This document shows, piece after piece, positions 24,201 to 35,165 of a DNA stretch of 64,000 nt. A program made the position numbers and the translations under genes. Numbering within the stretch: the stretch's first letter is position 1; every line of letters begins with the position of its first letter. The DNA comes from Phoronis australis (lineage: Eukaryota > Animalia > Phoronida), in NCBI GenBank assembly GCA_002633005.1, contig NMRA01000191.1, positions 364,466 to 428,465 on the forward strand. Reading direction: 5' to 3'. The notes under the pieces were generated by a model. That model did not search any database and was not told the DNA's origin. It saw only the letters and a program-made list of their open reading frames with translations.

Positions 24201-27200
24201 GAGTTGCAACCGAATCGATTTAACGATAGTGCATGTCCGGAAATTAGGGTGTGCAAAGGCTATCGGGGATTGATTAGGGTATGTGGAAAGGCCAATTGGT
24301 TTGCACGACGTGTGATTTGTGTGCATTAAACTACGCAGCTGTATGTAAGTCTGCCGCTATTCGCCCTAATAAGTGCCCATGCCCCAATAAGTGCCCAAAC
24401 ACGTTTTCAGACTTCGCTAAAGTAAGCGCCCAGCCCATGAACTACATGCGAAAAATGCCTTACCTACAGTTCTAACGTCTCCAATTTTTCAATTGAAAGA
24501 TCCGACAGTCCTGAATTTGTAGACCACAAGCCTCACCACTATGTCCAGATACACTTCAAACTTATGCCGCGATTCAATAAAAATGCAAAAGTTTTGCTAC
24601 TCTTGTGAGGGACGTGCCCCACTACGCGGGTCTGGACTTTGAAAACAGACGCAGCGTACTTGTCAGCAGGGTTGCATTATTTCTTTCCGGTACAGATTTT
24701 CTCCGGCCTCAACAGGAATCCAAACTTCTTTGTACACGTGAAAACCGTGAATCGAAGACTAATAAAAAACTCGACCAGTGTTAGCACGCGGCCAAGAAGC
24801 GCGCTGCATAATGTACCGGCTGTCATCGAAGACATTTAGTCGGGAACTATCTATTCATGAAACGGGTAACATAGCATCGGCAAGAAATAAATATAAGCAC
24901 TAATTTCCGAATGTTTCTAATACCGTAAAAAACTTTTGCATTATTTTTAAGAGAAATTATTTAGGTAATCATAATTGGTGTTTTTTTAAAGTCAAAATGA
25001 CCCACTAATAGTGAACACATTCGCACCCTTACACGGCCCCGAATCTTCCGGAAAATAGCTGTACACTACGGTCACGCATCCACTCACCCGGCGACTCAAT
25101 GAGTGACATATTGGTCTTACCGAAACAATTCTCGAACGTTTTTTAGCAGAGTGAGGCCAGCAAGTGCTAAATATTAAAACACGCCCTGCTTGACTGCTTG
25201 AGTTAATTTCTTTGGATACAATGCACACCTAGATCATTACATTACTCTGGCAAATGAACTCTGATGACAAGCATACGCACGCTTACTCTCACATACACGC
25301 ATACAAACTTCAAAACAAACGTCATGAGACAACAAGTGTGTTCCTCCAGAGATTTTTCTCGTGTTGCGGCCAACAATCTAGCGCAGATTTGGATTTAATC
25401 TGCAATTAATCCAGACTCCACAAGAACTTAAAAATCTTAGAGACGCTATTTGGAAAACTTGAGGAGGATTTCAGGTAATTTTTTGAGTCGAAGCTGTATT
25501 CTTATTCACGAATTCAAGCCCTATCGACGATTGCGAGATCGGCAGCTAGGCATTTGTCGGCGAGATTTTGCCCTGGGATTTCAGCACAATTTTCTGAAAA
25601 ATGATCTTAATTTAACAACGAATTTTGATAGCAATGCACCACAATTTTGTAGAAAGTAAATAATAATATTCTGCACGCTTTAGCTTAGCGCATTATGTGC
25701 GTACGTTAAGTGAGTTGACCCAGAACAGGTGCTTGTGCAGAGGCATTATCCTCAAAATTGCTTATGTTGGCTTGGTTCTGGTCAAGCGGAAACAGGTTTT
25801 TTTTTCTACCATCCGCCGTGGAGTATTTGTTACTGTTTCTTTCAAGGGAAATATTGTTGGGCAGTTTCCAAGATACGTTTTCTTGCCGCACTCAAAATTA
25901 GCGCTGCATACTTTAAGTCGGAAAGAATTCCTAAGTCGGCCTTTGCTACCAGCTCTACTGATGTGTCTGACCCATGTTTAACACAGTTCTTGATCCTTGG
26001 GAAACAGGTAGTAACTAAATTCTTTATCTCACTAACTGGTATTGTAGCATGCCAGACACACAACACGTATAACCTCCCTGTGGCCGGTTTGCCCCCACGC
26101 TTGCTGACGTACTTGTTTACCGGCTTAACCACAAAGCAACATTCTGACCTATTTCCAATATGGCGGCGTTGCAACTCCACTATTCTGTAGATATTGGGTT
26201 AACTAAAGAGACTTGTCGAAAAAGTGCTGTTCTGTATAAACTAATGTCACATGGTGTTCCTGAATTGTAAATTTGGGCACCGAAAAGTTTCATAGATGAA
26301 TGTTGTGTTGACGTTCAAGGCATCTCACCATTCACTTAAAAGTAGTTCCATTGTCAGACCAGGTGTAATTATCATGTTTATTGCCCCCACAGCCGAGTGA
26401 GTAGTGAATTATTGAAATCACTGATAAAAGCGTGTCAAGTTCATAATCCCTACAATTCCTGCTATAACCCATGAGATTCTATCACGATCATTTCGCAGTA
26501 TGCAGACGGATGCAGGAACGCTTAACAATAGCCAAGAATGATATCTTAATTAGCCTTGGTTTAGTTAGAAACAGCTGTCGACTGGAGTTTGAAACCAAAC
26601 CAAAAGTTTTTGTAACATATAGACAACAAACAAACCATGCAAGTTTTGCCTGACTTCAGCCTCCTTTTCCCCATCTGGATCTCCATCTTTCAGCTTGGTC
26701 TTTTTAAGATTCATTTCATCGTCGTCTTGAATTTTCAAATCATCATAAATCTCCATAAGTTTCTTTTCCTTAAGCCTCTGGAAAAAGCATTAAGACAACA
26801 TAGAGTCTGGTAGATCAACTTGCAAAGACTCCTATTGCCATATTAGGCTGAGCAGGCAGAGGCAGAGCACAGGTACGGGTTTGGTGCTAATCTAGCCAGC
26901 CAGCTAGCTGTATGAATTTGAAAACTATCGTTAAAATACCACTGTGTGTTTTTCTTCCATAGACCCTGAAATTGCACACAGCCAGGGTAGCTAAAGACCA
27001 GACGGGGTGCATGCACAATCTGGGAATCAACCGACACTCACCTTGCCCGTTACAACCGTTTAAGAGAAAAACAATGCAACAAATGTCATTTGCTTGCATC
27101 ATTGACCTTTTGTAACAAAGTAAAGTATGTTGTCATTGTGAAAACAGTACGCTCGTGCCATGCACACGCGTCATTTCCTAAATTTTTGCGACAACTTCGC

Positions 27201-28125
27201 AGCAGCAAAATTTGTTCTGAAATTCGTTTTTCGGTATTCTAAAAACTTATAATGAAGTGAAACCAGTTCCGATAATTTGTTGTGCCATGTACGCAACCTC
27301 ATGAAAGAACAAGTTGATAGAAGAATTGGCTAAAAAAGAAACTGGCCAATAGGTGACGCAATATTTCATGGTGCCGAAAGCCGACGCAGAAGATAGCTAA
27401 CCAACTTTAGCAGCAGAATAATGGTAGACCGCCATTTTTTCCAACACCGTTAAATAATTCAGTTTACTCAAGGAAGACTGTAGTTTTTAATGACACTAAT
27501 TTTGTGTCAGATTTTATCTTGCCACTTTTTACTCACAACGGTACAAAGCTGTATATTTAGTATACATCTTTGTACTGATTTTACGTGGGTAAAATATATT
27601 TAGTATACAGCTTTGTACCGATGTGGGTAAAGTATATGTAGTATACAGCTTTGTACCGATGTGGGTAAAATATATTTAGTATACAGCTTACAATGTACCG
27701 ATGTGGGTAAAATATATTTAGAAATTTTAGTATACAGCTTTGTACCAAGGCTAGTGCTAATTCAGCACCAACCGATATGAGATTTTCAGTAAAGTGAGTC
27801 TTAAAGTAAACTTGACATTCAACACTAAAAACAAGACTATAGCACAAAAACGTGTAAAACTGAATTGCAAGACTAATCATATGCCTTTGCAGAAAGCCAC
27901 CGAGTGGAACACCAGGGGGCGTGTCCACGCATGATGTGATTTTAATACCTTCCTTGCTTTTTGCCAAACTTGGTTGACTTTGTTGGCACGAAATGGGTTA
28001 TCCAGTTTGCTCCTATCATCTGGACCTAGGTTTTTAGTTTTTGAATACTTGCTAGCACTAAGATAACATGTCAAAATACACAAGATTATAAGCGACTTCA
28101 ACAACAATCCAACGGCAGCCGCCAT
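18244..28125 (-). CDS. LRPAP1: Alpha-2-macroglobulin receptor-associated protein (RAP), 340 aa; exons 27949-28125, 26636-26777, 22299-22439, 21304-21402, 20092-20324, 18646-18807, 18244-18312
   Basis: Signal peptide; NPFRANKVNQVWQKA; LKIQDDDEMNLKK...D.DGEKEA; D.RL.KMW..A..SGFS..EL..L.REF.HH..KI.EY; F.EPRV.EMW..A..ANFTEKEL.SFKEELKHFE.KI.KH; C-terminal ER-retention signal HSEL. Phases consistent. Confidence 0.93.
19263..19492. mobile_element. Short hAT-like MITE in an LRPAP1 intron
   Basis: TIRs CAGAGGCGGATC / GATCTGCCACTG; G-rich and C-rich subterminal tracts; TSD not intact. Confidence 0.7.
21497..21744. mobile_element. MITE (PIF/Harbinger-like GGG.CC termini), copy 1
   Basis: TIRs GGGACCCGTTCCAACAAAACTGACTTA / TAAGTCAGTTTCTTGGAACAGGCCC; a second, inverted copy lies at ~62929-63199. 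Confidence 0.8.
24350..24840 (-). pseudogene. Decayed HIRAN-domain ORF, probably carried by a DNA transposon, in LRPAP1 intron 2
   Basis: The minus strand, across a frameshift, reads IHGFHVYKEVWIPVEAGENL...NPADKYAASVFK..TRVVGHVPHKSSKTFAFLLNRG...GLQI. An adjacent terminal-like block GCCCTAATAAGTGCCCATGCCCCAATAAGTGCCC lies at ~24363-24397. Confidence 0.7.
25800..26077 (-). pseudogene. Decayed THAP zinc-finger ORF (transposon remnant) in LRPAP1 intron 2
   Basis: GGYTCCVSG/fs/CYNTS**DKEFSYYLFPKDQELC*TWVRHISR...LKVCSANFECGKKTYLGNCPTIFP shows the THAP pattern C-x-x-x-x-C...FP.D....W...I.R...VCSxHF...PTIF, with stops and a frameshift. Confidence 0.75.
27539..27747. repeat. Minisatellite, ~38-42-bp unit x~5, beginning with an inverted partial unit
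   Basis: Unit TATATTTAGTATACAGCTTTGTACCGATGTGGGTAAAA; the array starts with GGTACAAAGCTGTATA, the reverse complement of TATACAGCTTTGTACC. Confidence 0.9.
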
Positions 28126-28170
28126 AGTTAACTGCTTGCTGTCCAACAGACGTCGCTTTGTGAGGTAAAA

Positions 28171-30511
28171 ATGGCTTCTGAACACGGAAAGGAAAACCTC
28201 ACAGATTTGGGATTTAAGTTGGCACATGAAATGCCTGACGACGGTTTTAAGTATTGCAAGAATTATTGTTCTATTAATGAGGTTATTGGTGCGAAACGGT
28301 TAGAGGAAATAAGCACCTTTATGGAACTGTTTGCCGAGCTGGTCTCTCGTGATGAAGTTTCACCGAAAGACATTTCTTTCCTCAAGAAAATGCTGAGTGC
28401 TGCAACGCCGGGAAAATTCCAGCCATTGTTGAAGAATTATGAGGAAGGAATCTCTACTGCACCTACACAATGTGATGAAAATGAAGATAGCTTACCATTA
28501 GGCAAGTGGTTTGTCTGCAAAATATGCTATTCTGTTGGTTAGGACAGAACGTGTCCTAGGCAACACGTCGTAGCCCCTCGCCTCGGTTGGCCGGTGGCAT
28601 TCAGAGCGATGTATTTGCCTAAACGTGCCCAGGCAATGCTATACTAGTATTCCAGACACTAGAACTACTAGAAGCCTTTTTGGATTTCGCTGTTTAATTA
28701 TCAACTCTTTTATTTATCGTAAAAATTAGAAAAATTTTCAAAGATGTATTTCTGAATGTGTGAGAAATGATGGCCAATTAAAATTTAAATTATATATTCA
28801 TTTATATTGTCAAGACTGAAATTTTTCGAATCTGTTTGTGTCAAAAGTGACACAAGTGGCTGGTAAACAACTGTGGTAAACAATACATTTTCAGGACCTG
28901 GGATGGGTGGAATTTGGCGGTTAATTGTATTGAAGTGCCATGCATTTTCCCTTTTGTGGCTGCCTATTACTCGCTAGTTGGCTACGTGCCTAGCCAGCAC
29001 AACACGCAGGTAAAAGTCAGGTTTCATGCAGTAGCATGCACTTTAGCATTGGTTGATGTAACCTCGGTAGTCATTGGTTAGCATTACAACAACGTGAAAA
29101 AATGGTGGACTATGAACGATTTTTAGCCTTGTCACATGCAAGTGACATAGCAGCAACTATTTCATTTCTGCAGTAATGTTTAATAGATGCGTGCTTGAAG
29201 CACATACATGTACAATAAACACATATCTGGCTGATTTAACCGGTGTGTTATTCATACTGTATGAATACAGGACAGTATTGTCAACAAAAGTCATCGACAG
29301 TAGAAAGATGTACTCTGAAAAGGCGTAACCACAATTTCTTGGATTCACATTTCCTGAACATAAATTTTACTTAAGCACCGATTTGTCTGTACAACAAACC
29401 ACATTTACACTTGCTCCATCAGTCATGTCAGTTTGTTTGTTTAAATGCACTGCCTGTTGAGAATTCGACCAGCCAATCAGAAATGTCGGTGTAAAAAAAT
29501 TTCCCCATGGAAAATTAAGTGATAACTGTGTGCTGGCTACCACCTAGCGCCACGCAGGGAACCAGCGAGCCTGCATTACAGGAAATTTTCGTATTTGCAC
29601 CCATAGTGGTTTTACAGAAATCTGGGGAAATCACGGGTAGCTACAAGACAAAAAACAGAAATGGGTGGCGCTTATGCAAAAAGTTCAATGGGAAGCCCTG
29701 GTCAACTGCTTGTATTGGTCTTGGATGAGCAAGTTTATGAACAAAATAAAGGGACACCACAAAACTTGGCAATGTATATCTTGTAACATGCGGGAACTGG
29801 GGGAGTGAAGTATGTCCATGGTACAGAAGTACCTGTAACTGTACATTAGGCCAGTATTTTTTCTTTTGAGCGGGTGAATTTTTGGAATCTGGTGTGCGTT
29901 GACCTAGGAAGAACAGTGTTCTAGAACAACTTTGCGACATCAGTTTATCATGTGGTAATTCCTGTTTTTGAAGTTTTCAACAGTGGCAAGTTAGCTCTCA
30001 AATTTTTACACGTCATGTTGACATTCTTGGGATTGTTGCTGTCATTTCTGTTTGAGTTTGAATTTGACATTCATAATGGTGCTACGCATGTGTCTAAGCT
30101 TGTGAGTGTTTTAGAAAACTTGTGAAAAGATGTTAGATTTATGAGAAAAAAACACCATGCATTTTGTAGTATAGTCATAAATTACTAAGTGTAGTAAATG
30201 AAGTTAATAATTAATTGAAAGTTTATATGCTCTTTATTTTTTCAGATTTAGTGAAAGCATTTGATTATCTGGGAGAAAATTTGGGCAGGGACTGGAGACG
30301 GGTACTTCGGCGACTTGGGCTTAAGGAAAGTCAGTTTGACAAAATAACGGCTAAACATCCCTTTGACTTGGAATCGCAAATTCGTTGTGGACTGGAACTG
30401 TGGGCTTCAAAAAGGAAGGACAGTGACCTGTTTCAACTGGTGGTAAATGCGCTAAGAGAGTGCCAGCTCAATTTATATGCTAATGAGTTGGAGAAATCAA
30501 GATCTTTTTGA
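28171..30511 (+). CDS. FADD: FADD-like adaptor (DED + death domain), ~198 aa; exons 28171-28501 and 30246-30511
   Basis: Exon 1 is DED-like (IGAKRLEEISTFMELFAELVSRDEVSPKDISFLKKML). Exon 2 is a death domain (DLVKAFDYLGENLGRDWRRVLRRLGLKESQFDKI..KHP.DL..Q....L..W...LV.ALR.CQLNL.A). Two-exon, phase-1 structure as recalled for vertebrate FADD; donor probably GC. Confidence 0.82.
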
Positions 30512-30566
30512 GATTGAGTGATGCTTTGGGATGATGTTGAGGTAGATTGAAGGCATGACACTGGAG

Positions 30567-31581
30567 CAGGACTTTATCCAGGATTTCGAAAATGGGGTGT
30601 CCAAAATGGGGTTCCCAATATTCCAGGGCGTCCATGATTCCAACGATGTGTAACCCCTATCCCCACAGCCGTTCACCAGCAATCCTCCCCCACCCACACA
30701 CAGTGAGGTTATGTACAAAAAATGCGTAGACCAAGGCATTTACATCTAAGTTTACAAAACAGTCCTCTGTAGTGAGCTTTTTTACTCAAAAAGTGTGTAG
30801 ACCAAGACTTTTACATCTAAATTTACGAAAACAGCCACGTAGAGATATTGGTTGAACGAGGAGTGCATCATGTTTTTGATGATCGCTAGTCAAATTCATT
30901 TTATAAAGTTTATCATATCTAGCTTTAATATTCTGTAAAATGAGTCATCAGAGCTGCAGTTACAAAACAAGAAAAATGCACACGTGATGTGTGGTTTATA
31001 TTTTGGCAACAGGTGTCACTGCTGTTCCATATTAAATCCTTAAAACACACATTGAAAAACATGAAATGGGGGCAAACTCAAAACTTTATTCCTGTCACAC
31101 AATATAGTATTAAGATAATGACTTTTATTTTACTTTTGATGTTTTTAAAAAAGATGAAAATCATGAATTTACAGCTGTGAAACATCAGGTTGGAGTTACA
31201 CTAAGGCATGACCCCTACATAAAGTAATGAACTATGGAGGTTGGACCACTGGGAGCATAGCCAGCAGTGGAAGAAACTGACAACCAAACGTACTAATGCT
31301 TGAAAGGGTTTGGATACTCAGTGCTTTCAAACTAGTTTGAACATGGCAGCTTTGCATATAGGTTATATATTTCTTCCCTATTTGAAAAAAGTCAACACTT
31401 TGAGCTCACTTCTGTCTTCAGCTATATGCCTGGGCTTCTTAGTAATCATTATGATGTGTGTGTCCAAACTTGAAAGGTTCGGATTGACAGTGGGCGTTCA
31501 AATGATACGTTGGGTGTCCTTACCGAGGCGTCCAGATTAGTGCTAGGGCGTCCATTTGGATGTATGCTGGATAAAGGCCTG
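30567..31581. mobile_element. Non-autonomous hAT-type DNA transposon (1015 bp) inserted just downstream of the FADD stop codon
   Basis: TIRs CAGGACTTTATCCAG / CTGGATAAAGGCCTG; perfect 8-bp TSD CACTGGAG (30559-30566 and 31582-31589); subterminal GGG[CT]GTCCA-type motifs at both ends. Confidence 0.9.
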
Positions 31582-34500
31582 CACTGGAGTCGAGTAAGAA
31601 ATTTTGAGAGACTGCTTGGCTGTTTTTAAACCTATTGTATTTTTCTAACTGAATGCGTTGTATTCAATCAATAACTATTCGTGCAGTTGTTGTTTGTTTA
31701 TATAAATGTTGAAAATGTGCCAATGGCGTAAACATTCATTCTGTGGTACAGTGTAGATTGTACTTATAATGTGCTTCAAGTTTGGTATATCATATCATTT
31801 ACTTTAAACGACACAACACGTTAGTTCTTTTGCGCAGAGTTTGTTAGATTTATTTTGGTGTGATTTGTTTGAACGGTAAACTGATGATTACTTACTTTTT
31901 TAACTTTGACGCCATTTGAAATCACACGATGCAAGATTACTTTTGTGAGCATCTATTTACGGTAAAAATTCTTCAGTTTTTTACAATAATTAGATAATTG
32001 TTAAAATTGCCATATTTCTATTTTTTCAGAGCCTTACCACATCGCTGCAAATACTCAAAATTTTACCAAATGTTGGTTGGTAATAGCTACACCATACAAA
32101 CCATGCTAAAAGCAAAGTAAATTTTCGTGAAAAGTTATTTTTGTTGAGAAATTTGTCAAAATGAAATTTCACCTGTTCGTCATATATTGTTCCAAATGGA
32201 AGAATTTTTGCTGCAGTTCTTGGACATTTGTTTGAAGCGTTCTGGTTGATTTCCCCCAGGAAATACTTTTAACTTGCTTGTTATGTTTTTGTTTGCTGGC
32301 ATGAGTGAAAACTGACATGCACTTTATCTTAGCTCTTGGTGGTATCATATGGCCATGTGCATAAATTACCCAAGATATTTTGAATTAACTTCAAATTTGC
32401 TAAAATTTGATTATTAAGTTGCGATAGTAAATAGGCTTTTGAAGCATATCTTATTAAGATTTAGGCGACTTATGTTGTAAAATTGCTCTTAAATTGTCCC
32501 TTGTGTGATTTCTTGGCTGGGAAAGAATTGAGAGATCATTATGTCTTCAGACCAAGCTCATAAAATTTCAGGTGATGGTGTCACCTAAAATTGTATGAGA
32601 TTGGTGTGAAGAAACCTGTTAGTCCGTGCCAGGCCCAATGATCATTTTGAACTGAGAAAGGAATAAGACAAGACCAGTTGTATAATGTAATGTAGATGGA
32701 GTAAATCATTATCTTTGTTATAAAATACAGTGAAAAAAGTGCAGGCATAATGATGTACCTAATTTTTGTTGTCTTTTTCTTAAAAGTTTGTTTGAAGCAG
32801 ACAAGGAGACCAACGAGTTTTCATGCAACAAAAATTCCTGGTATCTCATGGAGTTTGTGCGGACTTATAATTCAACCAGCCCAGTGTTTTTTTGCTAAAA
32901 CAGTTTGTATTGTTATTGTGATACAATAGAACTTGCTCGAGTTGGACAAGCAGAAGTCGGGGTTTTTTTGCTTAACTTGGAAATCATTCCATGTTAGGGT
33001 TTTTCTAGTTTGTGTACTGAATCCTTCAGACAAGACGGATATCGCTTTATTTGGTTCATTTGGAATTGTGCAGGTTTTACCGTAATATGCTTTGTGCATT
33101 CCATTAAGCATATGTTTGACTAAAATTGCAGTGTTTCAGTTCCATACTTCAACATTGTCTAGAATTCATTGTGGGCACTTAGAAACCCATTTTCATTGTC
33201 TGGCAACACACTATTAAGCTGTAATCGGTGTGGACATTATTATTTCTTTCCGACTTAAATTGGAGTGTTCTGTAGTTATTGGTAATGGTAACCTTTCTGT
33301 GTCTCGGCAGTAGAAATGAATTTTAATGAATGTTGGATATTTTCTATTTCTACAGGTGTCACTTTCTCGGGAATTAAATTCATTGGTGTACTGTGTGTAA
33401 TGCTATTTTGAATTGTAATAAATTGTACATTACTTGTTAAAGGTATGTGGGCAAAGTAAACATCCTTAAACTATGATTTGAGAAGACACATGGTGGTCAT
33501 CAAACTTCCTCGGGCTAATGCAGCAGCTCACCAGCAACACTGTGATTTATAAATAGACAACCTAGTAGATCCAGGTCACATGAAATGAATAGACAAAATA
33601 ATATGATTAGTCGATGTTTTTGCGGTGGCTGTGGCAACAGTTGCTACAATGCATCTTTACCCTGTTTTGAGATACCAGAAGACCATGTGTAAGCTGAAGG
33701 GTGCTATGCATTAAGTATCACGATTCCTATGGGATTGTTGTCAGTTTGGTCTGCGTCTTATGGCGGTAAATTTTTTGAAAAATTAGCATATTGATGTGAT
33801 GACAAGAGCTGGGAGTTGATAGGATGCGCTTTTGATCTCATTACAGGTTACTTGAATGTGTGCTTATCAAGCTCTGAAAAGTCCAGGTCTATATATTTTT
33901 GTAGAGTTAAAGATAATAATGCTTGGAATTATTTAAGCTGTGAACACCTCATATTCAAGGTAGACAATCTTTCTCCATCGTGACCCACGCGGGCGATCCC
34001 CAATTAAAAACATCCCTCTCGCTCAGTCCCAATTCTTTTCCTGCAACCTGTAGGTCTTTTCTCATAAACCGCAATTCACTTGTTGTCGTTTACTGAATGA
34101 AACTGCATTTTGCTTCCTGGCTAATGGGAAGCACAGGTTGCACTTTGTGCCTAGCATGTGCCTGCTACGCATCGAGCCTGTGTATCAAATGTAGCAAGCA
34201 GCTGTAACTAGGAACCTGTGGTGCATGAGAACTACAGCACGTAAGAAAATGGGAGTGTTCATGACAAAAGAATGCTGTAATGAGAACACCCTATTGTGAG
34301 GGAAGATTGTGTAGTCTATTTTTGAAGCCCCTTTACTTCAAACCATGAATATTCTCCTTTACATAACATTTCAGCCTTGCTGACCAATCATTTCGGTGGT
34401 GGCCATTAGTGTTCGAGATTAAACCCACTGACCACGTACACTCACATCATGTTACATGGTCTTTCCTGATCTCATTTTTTTTCTCGAAAGAACCCTGCTC

Positions 34501-35039
34501 TGCAGAACGCATGAATTTCGAAAATTAATCAAGTTTATTGTTTTGTCTTGAGCAGTCAAACAAAAAATGTTTTGAATGTATGAACTGCATTTAGGAGAGG
34601 TTAAAACATAGAATGAGCAAACGCTACATAATCAAAATGCAAGCTTTAAAATAGTGACATATTGTGTAATGTTTTCATGAATAGTGCTCCCAATTTTCTA
34701 AAATTTAAGTTAAGACTGATGTTCCCCATCACCTCATCTACTAGTGTTTCAGTGCTCTTTTTAAAACTATTGTTTGAAATTCATAGCTGCAAAGCACTCT
34801 GCTACAGCCGTCATTTAAGAAAAACAATTGTATGGATAACTTATTATGCCCAGATATCTGAGCCAAAGATATTGAAACTGGCAATAAACTTGTTGTTCCT
34901 ACAGAGTAGCTGAATTTGATTTTGACCTTTTACTACTATAAAATTGGCCTCGACATTGTGTCCAATTCAGATGAGAACTGATTTTTGGTATTGCAAAGAA
35001 CTGACTCTTCCTACTGGATACTATGCTCGGTGAATAAAA

Positions 35040-35165
35040 TGACTCGCGGTGACAAGTGAACTTGTGGAGCCTGGTCTCAACCAATAAGGAACTGTCAGTT
35101 CTTCCCAAGTCCAGAAATGACGGGTATTCTGAGGAAGGAACAATTTGAGACCATTTCACAACAGT
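35040..35165 (-). repeat. Ancient interspersed repeat copy (inverted)
   Basis: GTGACAAGTGAACTTGTGGAGCCTGGTCTC...GGAACTGTCAGTTCTT...AATTTGAGACCATTTCA is the reverse complement of the copies at ~4185, ~36600 and ~47880. Confidence 0.6.

Noticed and set aside
25697-26190. Overlapping 94-153-aa ORFs as a nested gene
   Set aside because: Better explained as alternative frames of the decayed THAP relic.
27539-27747. CRISPR-like array
   Set aside because: Units are contiguous with no unique spacers, there are no cas genes, and the context is a eukaryotic intron; it is a minisatellite.
28162-28170. Donor-like GAG|GTAAAA just before the FADD ATG giving a DD-only isoform
   Set aside because: Exon 2 has no in-frame Met and no upstream in-frame start was established.
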